DNA from: Octopus vulgaris
Lineage: Eukaryota
Direction of reading: 5' to 3'
Assembly (NCBI GenBank): GCA_951406725.2
Contig: OX597820.1
Coordinates: forward strand, 6,448,001 to 6,512,000
Length of the DNA stretch: 64,000 nucleotides
This document shows positions 1-12,587 of the stretch, one piece after another. The notes beneath the pieces are model-generated. The model did not search any database and was not told the DNA's origin. It worked only from the letters and a program-made list of their open reading frames with translations. The position numbers and the translations under genes were made by a program. Within the stretch, counting starts at the first letter, position 1. The number at the start of each line of letters is the position of its first letter.

Positions 1-829
1 TCGCCTCTTCTATTAGATCACGCTGAATTTCGCGAAATGTCGTGAAATTCTTTAAGTCATCTACTTCAACGAGCAAATTATTGTTAAGATAGACGTAGGA
101 GTTGAACATTTATTGGAATTAACCTGTTTGCTTTTCTTTATTGAACACTGCCAGCTTCGATAGTCGATGACCGTTCTAGCTGTCTTCCTACCATTTGTAA
201 TTATAGAGATCTACCTAGATGTCGACCATTCTAATTCTACTGCAAAATCTACCAATGTCTACATTTTTGTATCTTTTAAAACCATTGTTTGTTTTATCTC
301 TTAATCTTCAACCGGACCCTCAAACGGTTAATTCTTCAAAAGTTATTCCAATTCAATTGTGTATGGCCATCATCATCTGCAATCGATCGCGCATTGTTAT
401 TGGTAGTTTCTCTGTTGTTCTTCTTGGTATTGTTTTTGTTGATGTTGCTCTTTCTAAACACAGATTGTTTTTGCAACATTCTTCTCTCTTTCACTCAAAA
501 AACCAGAAAGAATTTAACTTGCTGTCAATTTATCGTTCAAAGATAATGTTTCTTTAGTTTAAGATTTTTTTTTCCCGTCTCTTCTTTTTGTTTCGTCTCT
601 GACAGAATTCACTGAAAATCTTCATTTTTACTGGCCATTCTAATTGCTTTAGCTTTAAACCATAATTCAAACAAAAAGAAAGGTATATGCTGTCTTTTAC
701 AATTCAGAACTTTTCCATCAGTTTTAATAAAGTTTTCTCGATAAACTTTTCTCCCGATAAACTTCACAGGGTCTGAAAGGAATTCTGTAAACATTTATTG
801 GTTAAGAATACACTGTTTAAGAGACTCTG

Positions 830-1098
830 CACTTAATATTCCAAAATTTTCATATCTCATCACCTTTTCGTCACTGATATATTTATATATATATACATAC
901 ATACATACATACATACATACATACATACATACATACATACATACATACATACAAACATGCATGCATGCATACATACATACACACACATATACTTACATAA
1001 TACGTATGTATAAATACATACATACGTGTGCATGTATGTATGTATAAATGTATCAGTGACGAAACGGTGATGAGATGAAAACTCCGGAATATGAAGTG
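830..1098. repeat. ~50-bp imperfect inverted repeat (830-879 / 1051-1098) enclosing a (TACA)n/(TA)n tract
   Basis: Reverse complement of 830-879 is tatcagtgacgaaaaggtgatgagatatgaaaattttggaatattaagtg; 1051-1098 is tatcagtgacgaaacggtgatgagatgaaaactccggaatatgaagtg. Confidence 0.8.
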
Positions 1099-1149
1099 GT
1101 GTCAATTAAATAGAATCATACATGCACACACCCACACTCACGCATATAG

Positions 1150-1229
1150 ATACATACATGCATACATATATATGCGTATATTTATATATATATATATGCG
1201 TATATATATGCGTATATATATATATATTT

Positions 1230-1263
<34 letters not shown>

Positions 1264-1279
1264 ATACATATATATATAT

Positions 1280-1310
<31 letters not shown>

Positions 1311-1572
1311 TATACATATATATATATTATACATATATATACATACATACACACACACATATATATATATATATATACATATATATACATACATATATAT
1401 ATATATAGATATATATATACATACATACATAAACATATATATATATACATACATATATATAAACATATATATATATATACATACATATATAAACATACAT
1501 ATATATACATATATATATATATACATACATATATATACATATATATATACATACATACATATATATATATAC

Positions 1573-1625
<53 letters not shown>
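1150..1625. repeat. compound (TA)n/(CA)n microsatellite
   Basis: Directly visible; source of the YI/HT-repeat ORFs. Confidence 0.95.
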
Positions 1626-1627
<2 letters not shown>

Positions 1628-3997
1628 ATTATATATATGTATACATATCAATCACAGTGTATTTATGTATGTATGTTTGTAGCTATCTATATGTAGCATA
1701 CATATAGAAATACACACACACATATACACACATATACACACATATAGGTGTATGTGTTTGTGTGATGACACCTAGACATAACTACATATTGACACGTAAA
1801 TCTCTCCACACCCACAAACAGACTCACGCACACATAAACTCGTACACATATTAGAAAACGGACGCGATGCTAACAATACATAGCAGCATACCCTATTCTA
1901 CACTCTACAACTTTGTCTGAGATATTGTTATCGCTAACCTCTCAAAATTAACTTAGCCTAACGGGACTGACAAAATTCTCCTAATTCTATTTATATAAAT
2001 ACTGACAATTGTTCACTCTATAGAAATAGTGAACTGAAAGAAACTGCGAAACCGTTTCCTAGTCTCCACTCAAAACCATCCCCCACCCACCACCCCTTTA
2101 ATATGAGCTGCCAACTCCTTCAAGAAAAATTTAGTCAAACATGCAGCCATTCAAATTTGAAATTGCAATACAAAGTCAATTTCTTGCATAATGTCTCATG
2201 TACTCTATATAAAATCTACCACACTTTTCGAAATCACGCGATGCTTTCTACCCTTTGTTGAGTCGGACACCGACATTTTCAAGTTTTGCCAATCTATTTC
2301 TTCAATCACGTAAAATATTTTCTTCAAGTTCTAATCCTTAACAGACACTCTTAATTAGTCTCCTGTGGACCACGTAGGGTGTTTTAAATTTTCGCTATTT
2401 TAAACATTTCCTTTCCCAATGCAATTTCTTCGAACTCTCAGCAATAGGACAATTCTGTGCATTATGCCCACGATTATAAAAAAATCAATGCCACCACAAT
2501 TTATCGAAACTATTTCTAAATGTACAAGAATTATGTAATATATGTCGTTTTGCATGAAGTTGCTGAGTGTCTCTTGTACGTCTGAATCTATTTCAGATAT
2601 TTTATATATGTATGCTTGCCTGTGCTTGTGTATATAAGTATAAGTGTGTTTCTTTTGTGTATATATACATATATATATGCGCTACGTATGGTGCATCTAT
2701 GCATACAGACTCAGACATAAACACGTACACACACACAAATGTGTGTACTTTTATTTTATATCTGTTCATCGTATTTTATTATTATTATTATTATTATTAT
2801 TATCATTATTTTCATTATTGTCTTCTTCCTATTTAACGCCAGACTTTTCTCGTTCAATATTGATTTTTCTTCTTCTTTTATTTTTGATATTTTCTGATAA
2901 ATTTTGCCAAGTTTTCATATTCTTACATAATTCTCATTATTTCCAATAATTCATAGAATTTCCTTAATATTATACTCTTTGATCTCTACTGTTTCACCTT
3001 CCTTTAAACCACACCTATTCTCTGAATGTATCTTTTCTATCTTCTCTTCCAGCAACATTATTTATTTCTAAACTTTACTACAGTTATTTCTTCTAATACC
3101 ATATATCTTGTAAATATTCTTAACCATCCCTTCTAAACGCGTGTATCTTTACTCAGTGTTTTCTAGATATAAACCCTTATCTACAACATCGTCATTGCAC
3201 ATCTAAATGTCATTTTCATCACTTCCCTACGTTATATCGTATTTCGCTGGAATGTAGAATATTTTTTTAACACTAACACATTTTTCATTACATCCTTCTT
3301 TCATTAATATCGATAAATGTGTTCTCCCTGATATATAAAACTTGTATATTCACCATAAATGTTGAAATTAATTTAAAGTGCAGTAAAATATTTTTAACAT
3401 TCAAAACGTGAATTGAAAGTTTACCATTTCCCAGCTTTTAAGTAAAATGTCTTCATTTTAATATAAATACACTTGTTTTTATAGTGTTCTATTACATCTA
3501 GTTAAGATATCGCTTTTGAATTTCTTAAATTCAATAAATTAATGGTACTTTAATTCTGCATTCTGTAATTCTACATACTGTGTGTATGTAAATTACATAC
3601 GTACACTTATTTATGTGCGTGTTTCTTTGAGTGTTTGCGTTTCTGTGTGTGGAGAGAGAAAGAAAACAAAGTCGGTAGAGTGATATACAGTTGATAGATT
3701 CCATTTAATCGGGAGAGAGAGAGAGAGACAGACATTAACTATTTCCTTTCATATTCATTCCATTTTGAATGGAAAAAGAGGGACCAGAGTTTCAGTTCTA
3801 TGTAGGTATTTCATTTGTGATTGGAATTTCTCTTTAATTTTTCAAAGACCCAGCCACTAATAACTGAAGTTAAAACTCGTCTTGGTTGAATTCAGTACAT
3901 TCTTGGTCGACAATATGATGAATAAAAGTTTCTGGTACTTTTTATTTCAATGGTGTTAGTTCTAGAGAATATACACATACATACATGCATACAGTCA

Positions 3998-4054
<57 letters not shown>

Positions 4055-4107
4055 AGTCTATTACTCCCCTCCCCACACGCATATACATATATATATTATA
4101 CACACAC

Positions 4108-4145
<38 letters not shown>

Positions 4146-4517
4146 CTCTAAATTTTCTACCCTTATTTTCACAGTGTGTGTGTGGTGAATATATATATTG
4201 AAGTGGCTACGAACATATATATATATATATTATATACACGCACACACACACACATATATTTATGTATGTATGTATATATGTATATATGTATATATATATT
4301 TAAAAAAAGGAGATGTCGAACACGAGTGGTGATATATAAAAAAGGAAATGAAGAAAATGCTGACAAATAATTGAAGTAATTTAAGTAATTTAATTAGGTG
4401 AAAGTTCTTTTTACCGGTTGCGCATTTGTTATGCTTATCATATATATATATACAGACCCATATATATATATGTATATACACCCATATATATACATATATA
4501 CATATATGTATATATAT

Positions 4518-4652
4518 TCTTTTACTCTTTTACGTTCCTCTCGTTTCAGTCATTTGACTGCGGCAAGCTGGAGCACCGACTTTAGTAAACCTAATAACTA
4601 CTCTATCGGGCACATTTGCCGATCCGTTAAGTTACGAGGGCATAAACACACG
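4518..4652 (-). mobile_element. SINE family A, 3' fragment
   Basis: gtttcagtcatttgactgcggc...ctggagcaccg matches the 3' end of the full copies at 16347 and 26498. Confidence 0.8.
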
Positions 4653-5861
4653 TCTTTGCCCCAATATACGCAGTGAAGCTTTACAATAGCGTCGTATTTG
4701 TATCGGCTGCTATTCCCAGTAAATATTGGTGTGTGTCTTTTAGCCAACAATATATGTATAGACAGCTGCAAAAACCTTGACTTTATATACAATACTTTTG
4801 TGGAGAGAATCAGGCATCTGCTAGTCTGGTCTTGATCCTTTGTTGGGATCTCATTACCGACTGATTACCTTCTTTTGATATCCTGTGAGATGCAACATAT
4901 AAATTCTTACTAATTAGTTTGATAATCTGCATCCAGTGAAACGTCCACAAAACTCAGAGAATTGTTATACTAAATATTCGGCTCTACACCCGCTATTGAG
5001 TCTTCCCTTCCGCCAAAATTTCTGCATTTTATGGATTTAAGACCATTCATGTACATACAAGTATTTAAATATATGTATACACATATAGGTACACGTGCAC
5101 GCTTAATACACACGCACATACGTATACATGTATTTATACTACCACACTGTAATTTGCAGTGTGTGAAAATGTGAGCAGGCTTGTGAGATGAGAAGAGATT
5201 AAATTAGGAATCTATTTGATCTGGTTGTACTAGATTTTCTCCTTGTTCCATTTGAATCTGTCGATCGCTGCCTGGATTAAATACTAATGCACTCAATCAG
5301 TTGCGAAATCAATTTTTTCATCATCGCACATGTCTGTGTGTCTGTGTGTATACGCGCGTGTGTAGATGTCATTGTGTATGTATATGTGTTCGACTATGTG
5401 CCTTCTCACCTAAACAATATTGAAAGGACGGTGTTGGGATCCATAATTTACGTTTGACATTTGTTTCACTGTCATATACGCCATTTTATTAATCGCGCTG
5501 ATAAAATTATTGTCGCCATTTTGTCAGACATTTTCCTGGCTGTAAAACTAACGAACTAAATGTAAAACCGATCGAATAATCTAGCGTTAAAATCCATCTA
5601 CTTTTGTCTTTCCATCTCTCCATATATTTATTCATTTATTTATTTTTTCGTCACCATTGTATCATAACCACTCCCTATCTTTCTCTTTCCCTCTTTGTAT
5701 ATCTGTCTCTTTCTATCTATCTATCTTTATGTCTGTCTGTCTGTCTATTTATCTATATATCTATCTTTATGTCTCTCTGTCTATTTATCTATCTATCTAT
5801 CTTTATGTCTATCTATCTAACTAACTATATATATAGAGAGAAGTAGCTAGATATGTATATA

Positions 5862-5906
<45 letters not shown>

Positions 5907-6145
5907 TAGGTTAAACCTACGGTCACTAAGTACATGGTGTATTATATTAAAACGAAGCGAAGCAGAATTTATTTAACGAGATACCTCATATAACATCACA
6001 TAACGAGACTCTAGGACAACTAGGAATGCGCTACCACCAGTTGCATAGTGTTTCACCCGCGTGGTATCGATGTAAGGTCGGTCGAAACGATCGTCGTGAG
6101 CAATAAATTTTGTTGTTGAGTATTTCATTATCCGTCTCGATCATT

Positions 6146-6217
<72 letters not shown>

Positions 6218-7414
6218 CAGCGTGTGTGTATCTGTGCTTAAAACCGAATACGTTTTTGCACCTCTGTAATTTTCCGGTGTCTGCTTTGCCCTTCTCACTG
6301 TAGACCATATCTCAAATTATTACTAGATTCCGCAAGAGATTTAACCGTTATAGAGCACAGTTTCAACTGTAAATAAACTTATCTCAGTAGATCATTCCAG
6401 ACTTTGTGTGACTTGAGTGAAATTTCTGCTAAACGCTAACATTTCATTGACAAATTTGCTGCAGGATTTAATTCATAAGATGAGTAACTAAAGAAACACC
6501 TAACACGCGGCAGTGACAGATAGAAACCGTATACTTGTTCCAATGTCTGGGGCAGTCATTACCAAAGAATGAATATATTGATAAGATACAACATCGGATA
6601 ATATTTGCTAGCGCAACATTTGTATGTTTAAGACAGACGATATGCAAACAAAACTTGATCTGAGAGAAGTTCAGATGTTTAAGACAATTGCTGAAGTTAT
6701 TTAATCCTTAAGTACACGATTCTCGAATGATCGCCAATTCATTAATCTGGAGACATTCCAATTGTGATGTGTGTGGAAAACCACGCAGAAACAGCTGTAG
6801 AAGAGACAGAGGAGTGTCAATTTAATTCACGAAACTAATATCTGTTGAACTAAAACGAAGTTTACCTATCACAAGTTTCAACAGATAAGCAATGCCGGAA
6901 TGATGTCGGGCCATTTTCTGCATCCAAATGACTGCTTTAATTGCAGCTAAAGCAAAGAACATACGAAGTGATGCAAAAGTAGTTTAAAAAAATAGAGTCA
7001 ATGTGAAAGACGAGCAAACGCGCGTGCGAGTGCACGAACGAGGGCAAAGTGAGAGAGAGGGAGAGAGGAAGAGAAAGAGACAGAGTATTTATGTATATAT
7101 GTACATACGCATGTGTATATGTATGCATGTATGCAACGACCTACCTATGTATGTGTGCATGTGTATACATGTCAGTGAATATGCCCCCCAGCGTATAATT
7201 TGGTCTTGATGACTAAGACAATCTCAGTAGAATAAACACAGATAACAAACACACACAAATATATAGATGTATATCTATCCATAAACACATATAGACATAT
7301 GTGTACGTTTCTATGTATTTATTATGTATGTATGTATATATGTTTGTATATATATATATATATATATATGCACATACATATATATACATGCATCCATACA
7401 TATACATACATACA

Positions 7415-7462
<48 letters not shown>

Positions 7463-7463
<1 letters not shown>

Positions 7464-7995
7464 GAGAATGAAGCAACAAGAATGGATAGGTTTTTAGTAC
7501 AATCGTTTCATACAAGGACAGGTTTTATTAAAAGTTGCAAAAATTACAGCATATAAACGTGTCCCGTACTCATCAGCTAAAATACATGTGAGTTCTCTAG
7601 ACATCCTAGTGGTTGAGGCTATACTCATGAAGTAATGTAGATAATTAAGTAACATAAACAGATTTCAAAAGTTCATTAAAGTTCTTTAAAGATGATGTAC
7701 AGTCTTATCACAGAATTTTAAAAAAGTCTTAATAGCATCACAGAGGAGGTGACCTAATCCATAGTGCACATATGAATTTCCAGAGATATGCTGTAATTTT
7801 TGCAACTTTTAATAAAACCTGTCCTTGTATGAAACGATTGTACTAAAAACCTATCCATTCTTGTTGCTTCATTCTCGCTTATAATCACCCCACATTACTG
7901 TATTGTTAAATCAGTATAGTTTTTTTTGGTGCATCTAAGTTAGGTACCATATTCAAGTAAATTCATTTAAATTAACTTGAATCTTTATTGCTTTT
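7463..7995. mobile_element. non-autonomous Penelope-like pLTR insertion with inverted arms, flanked by (TA)n
   Basis: Perfect 92-bp inverted repeat 7463-7554 / 7786-7877; hammerhead in the minus arm; the plus arm continues into a longer tail; (TA)n on both sides. Confidence 0.75.
7492..7582 (-). ncRNA. minimal type I hammerhead ribozyme, intact core
   Basis: Minus strand: ttttag CTGATGA gtacgggaca...tgtccttgtat GAAAC gatt GTA ctaaaa. Stem I ttttag/ctaaaa; stem II ~10 bp closed by G.U; GUA cleavage triplet. Confidence 0.85.
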
Positions 7996-8028
<33 letters not shown>

Positions 8029-9118
8029 CAATGTTGTATATGTGGATATCTATGCTCGTATATCTAAAAAGTTCGTGTATATGTGTGTGCGTACCTATTG
8101 TGTACAAATATGTGTATGTATAGAAGAACGTATGCATATATAATTTTTCAATGATGTTAATAACTACAACAACTACAACAACAATAATAACATATCTATA
8201 CATGTATGTATATCCATTGTTGTGCAAAATCTTTAAGACGATATAATAATCAGATCTATTGTTCCTGTATACATAGAATGGTAAGAAGTTATCACCATTC
8301 CATGCATCTGTCGTAGTTCTTGTATCCGTATAATTAAATTAGCAGACATTTGCAGACAGCCAGTAACGTTTTCACACGCCGCGCTCTCTGATTTCGTTCC
8401 GTGTCACCTTATCGGTCATAGAACCGCTTCTTTCTGCTCATTTAATGCTGTTAGGCAGGACTTAGCGTGTGTTGCAAGAATCTGCTCTGGGGAGCCGACA
8501 CCTCTCGTACTGTATCAGGGTTTTTGCTAATTGACTGGGGTATCTTTAATGCCACAAACAGCAAAATGCTGCTCTTTTGATTGATTACTGTTCATATTCA
8601 GTTCACTTATATTGATAAAGAAGAGAGGAACAAGTGGTCAAGGAAGCCTATCAATTATCGATCAGGTTAATATAAATAGCAGCCAAATGTCCTTCAAAAT
8701 AAAGACATACATTGCATAATATAGTCCCAGGTATACTATGTTTGTCTGAGATATACTAAGTCGTATCTTGAGGCAGTATAGCTGACGGAGAGAAAAAACA
8801 ACCACAAACAGAAGAGGGAAACCGCCCTCAAATTCCAGGGCAATGCATTCAATGTCGAACCATACATTACTTAAAATATTAGTGCACACTTGTCTGAAAA
8901 AAGACGAGATGGTTATATTTGGAACCCCTTTGATCAAAGCTGTGTGGGATCAAAACTAGCGTAAGTCATACAGACACATCAATGATGATGAGTAAATATT
9001 TAGATTAAAATAGTTTTCAGTTATGATCCGATTTCTTGAATTTTATGGAATTAATTTGAGTATTGAGGATAACGATCCCTTTGTGTGGAATATTTTAGGA
9101 GAATTTCATTTTGTCCGT

Positions 9119-9268
9119 CTCCACGTTCTGATTTCAAATTCCGCCGTGGTCGTCTTTGCTTTTCATCCTATCGGGGTTGATAAAATAAGTAACGGCTCAG
9201 CACTACTGTTGATGTAATCGGCTTACATCCACCCTCGAAAATGCTGACCTTGTGTCCAATTTTGAAAC
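9119..9268 (+). mobile_element. SINE family B, degenerate copy
   Basis: acgttctgatttcaaattccgccgtggtcgtctttgcttttcatcct...gataaaataagta matches the family B body. Confidence 0.75.
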
Positions 9269-10563
9269 TTAGATTCAACTGATTTCTTGCAGTTTATGGA
9301 AACAGTGTGGGCTCAATGCAGCCGCACATCCCGGATATGAGCGCTGAAGAAAGAAAGAATTAAACCGGCACTACTCTGATACTAATTTAGAGGGGCATCG
9401 TAATATCACCAACTTAACCCGCCGCCCGTCAGGTTCAGAAATTGAGTTCACGTCACTATGAAGGTGTCTGAGTGTATTTTTCTTCCTTGATATGAGTATA
9501 GAAAGCGCGCAAAGGGTCGTGGATTCTGACCTTTTTTTTACTAAAATAGGGAAAATAGAAGAAAATTCAATCACTGATTTCGTTAGAATTTCATCACCAT
9601 CGAAGATGGTATTGTCTTCTTATACGAGAGATCTTATACGAGAGATCATCGAAGAAAAACAAACTCTTGCTCACGCTATAAAATCCATAACACGGGAGGT
9701 GATTACCACATAATCCTTTCCAAAGGTAAATGATCTTTTACGAAATAGAATGTTATTTATTTGTGGGAAAACTCTAGGATGTCGAAGTTCAAGAATTTGC
9801 TTGTGTCTGTGATATTGGAGTAATATTTGTAGAATATGAGAGTTTGGCAAGCTGTATGTTTGACATTGATGGTTCTTATGTCTGCAATAAGTATTTCTGT
9901 AACAACCTGATGGTTGTAGCCACTGCAGGAGCTGTTTTGCGATAGTTAATCCTTATGTACGGTTTACGATGCTATAGACTATACCTCCGTTTCGAAACCA
10001 TTGCTAACGCATTTGTTATTTTATAATTTATCTCAGGAGTTCTGGTTCCTACATTTACCAAGCTTAAAGTATGGAATTTCGTCCTCACTCCCGGATTTAA
10101 TGTTTAAAGTCTCTTGTGACAATTCCCAGTTATAAATATAACAGAGACGAAGTCTACAATCAGCCACGTGATCAAAGAAGGCGTATACTACTATTACTAC
10201 TATTCGCCAATGTTTACAATTCATTCACTTCACCTGGTGACTCTTCCTGTGAATCCTCAGGCCACCAAAAGCAATATGGACATGGCCATGATATATTGAA
10301 TCATCACCAGAATTAGGTGGGAGATCTGGATGGAGACAATATTGGCTTGCGAGAAGACAGTTGTTCTGTTGGTTCGTTCATGTCACATGTAACCCAATAC
10401 AACCTGTTGCGTGGTCGGGTCATCAGCTACAAAACTGGTAACTCCACCAAGCTTGCTTGGTGAGGAGGGTCATTGTTGGACTACATACGGGACGAAAAAT
10501 AAGATCCGTCAAAAAGCAGAGGAACTCAAGAGTAGTCAATGGCCATCCGACAATATATATTGT

Positions 10564-10565
<2 letters not shown>

Positions 10566-10627
<62 letters not shown>
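10566..10627. repeat. (TCTA)n microsatellite
   Basis: Directly visible. Confidence 0.95.
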
Positions 10628-10702
10628 AAAAACCTGCTCCTTTATCCAGCAGGGTGTTATCATTCGAAAGATAAAGCTATGCATTGTGAACAGTGATGTA
10701 TA

Positions 10703-10923
10703 TATTTCTTTACTATCCACAAGGGGCTAAACATAGAGGGGACAAACAAGGACAGACAAAGGGATTAAGTCGATTACATCCACCCAGTGCGAAACTGGTA
10801 CTTTATTTATCGAGAGGATGAAAGGCGAAGTCGACCACGGCGGAATTTGAACTCAGAACGTAACGGCAGACGAAATACGGCTACACATTTCGCCCGGCGT
10901 GCTAACGTTTCTGCCAGCTCGCC
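10703..10923 (-). mobile_element. SINE family B (tRNA-derived), near full-length monomer
   Basis: Reverse complement of ggcgagctggcagaaacgttagcacgccgggcgaaatg...gagttcaaattccgcc...aaagaaata; same family as 47793 and 55379. Confidence 0.9.
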
Positions 10924-11680
10924 GAACAACATCGGACAGTCTGGTCGATCACGCGATATATATGCATATACACACATCTCTCTCTCTCTCTATATATATA
11001 TATATACATGCGAACGCGCGTGCACAAGCGGATATTTAAGTATGACCGCTGTCATTATTAGTAAATTGTGTATATTTAGTGTAATATATTTCTTGTCTTT
11101 TAGATGAACCGGAAATTGTTGAGCATCGTAGAATCTTGATATTTCCTTCCTCTATAAATCTAAAGTTTTGTGCCGATGTCAAAAATTACCATATAAACCG
11201 ATATTATTGTAGTATGTCTACATTTAATGTTTATATAAAGGGTACCCTTTAGATACACGATATGGTAACGTTCCAGGTTGGAAACGGGTGAACAGTTCTG
11301 AAGATTCGCGAATAATACAGCAAGATCTGTTTTCAAAAATATCGGTTTTTAGCCGGAACCAGCAGGACTGTTGTCAAAGAAGTATACAGATATCTGAATA
11401 AAGGAATGGTTTAACAAATGGTATCGTATGACTCCGTGAAATATTCCTTCAGTTGAATGGAGAAGAATTAAGAGTGAAACTCGATGACAACAGCTACAAT
11501 AAATATGGTAAATTCTATTGAAGAAACCAAAGAGAAATTGGAATCAAAGAGAAAACAGAAATTCGGTCTTTGTACATTTATACGTTATCATTTCTATGCG
11601 TGTTTGCATGTGTGTGTGTATCTATGAATCTATACACGCACATGGACTATATGACTATATGAATATATATGTGAGTACAG

Positions 11681-11765
<85 letters not shown>

Positions 11766-12375
11766 TATCTCTTTCTTTATTTTATATATATATATATGTG
11801 TGTGTGTGTGTCTGTGTGCATTTTTGTACAAATATATATAAATATAAGGAGAATGAGAGAGAGAAATAAAGAGAGAAGAGGAGAATGATAAAAAGAGAGA
11901 GAGTTAAGTCTAACAATTGATCTGCTGATGTATGCCTATATAGATAATAGACACAGAGACATACACGGCCAAACATACGCACACTGTCACACCCCCCCCC
12001 ACACACACATACATACACTGAAATATATAGCTTACATAATGACTTGAAGTAAACTTAATACACGTGTTTGTCAGAAACACATTTTTAACATAAGGGTGAA
12101 AGCAAGCAGACAGTCAGATCCCTTCCTTCTATGTAGATGGACACAAAAGTATGGACCAATGTGACGAGGGATCACCAGGGAACGGTTACTATGATTAACA
12201 AAGGTAGACTGCTTCTTTGTATATGCTCCGACTGTCTACATCTTGCGTTCTAATCTTGTCGAGATTAACATTAACAGAAAAAAATTCAGACTTTTTCATT
12301 TTTTTCCCATGTTTTTCCAGTCTGAGTTCAAATCTTACCATGCTCACCGTTTAACAACACATTCAGTTATGTCTG

Positions 12376-12406
<31 letters not shown>

Positions 12407-12517
12407 TGTATATATATATATATTTATATACACATACATATATGTATATAAATATATATTTATATACACATACATATATATATATGTACATATATCTATA
12501 TCTATATATATCTATTT

Positions 12518-12587
<70 letters not shown>

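Noticed and set aside
1-800. ORFs 219-557, 289-546 and 609-794 as a gene
   Set aside because: No recognisable domain or splice structure; the minus strand looks at most like a decayed LINE ORF1, which I cannot support.
1900-3350. Purine-skewed minus-strand stretches resembling old LINE coding sequence (similar stretch at 46420-46960 plus)
   Set aside because: Too many stops and no diagnostic motif to assign.
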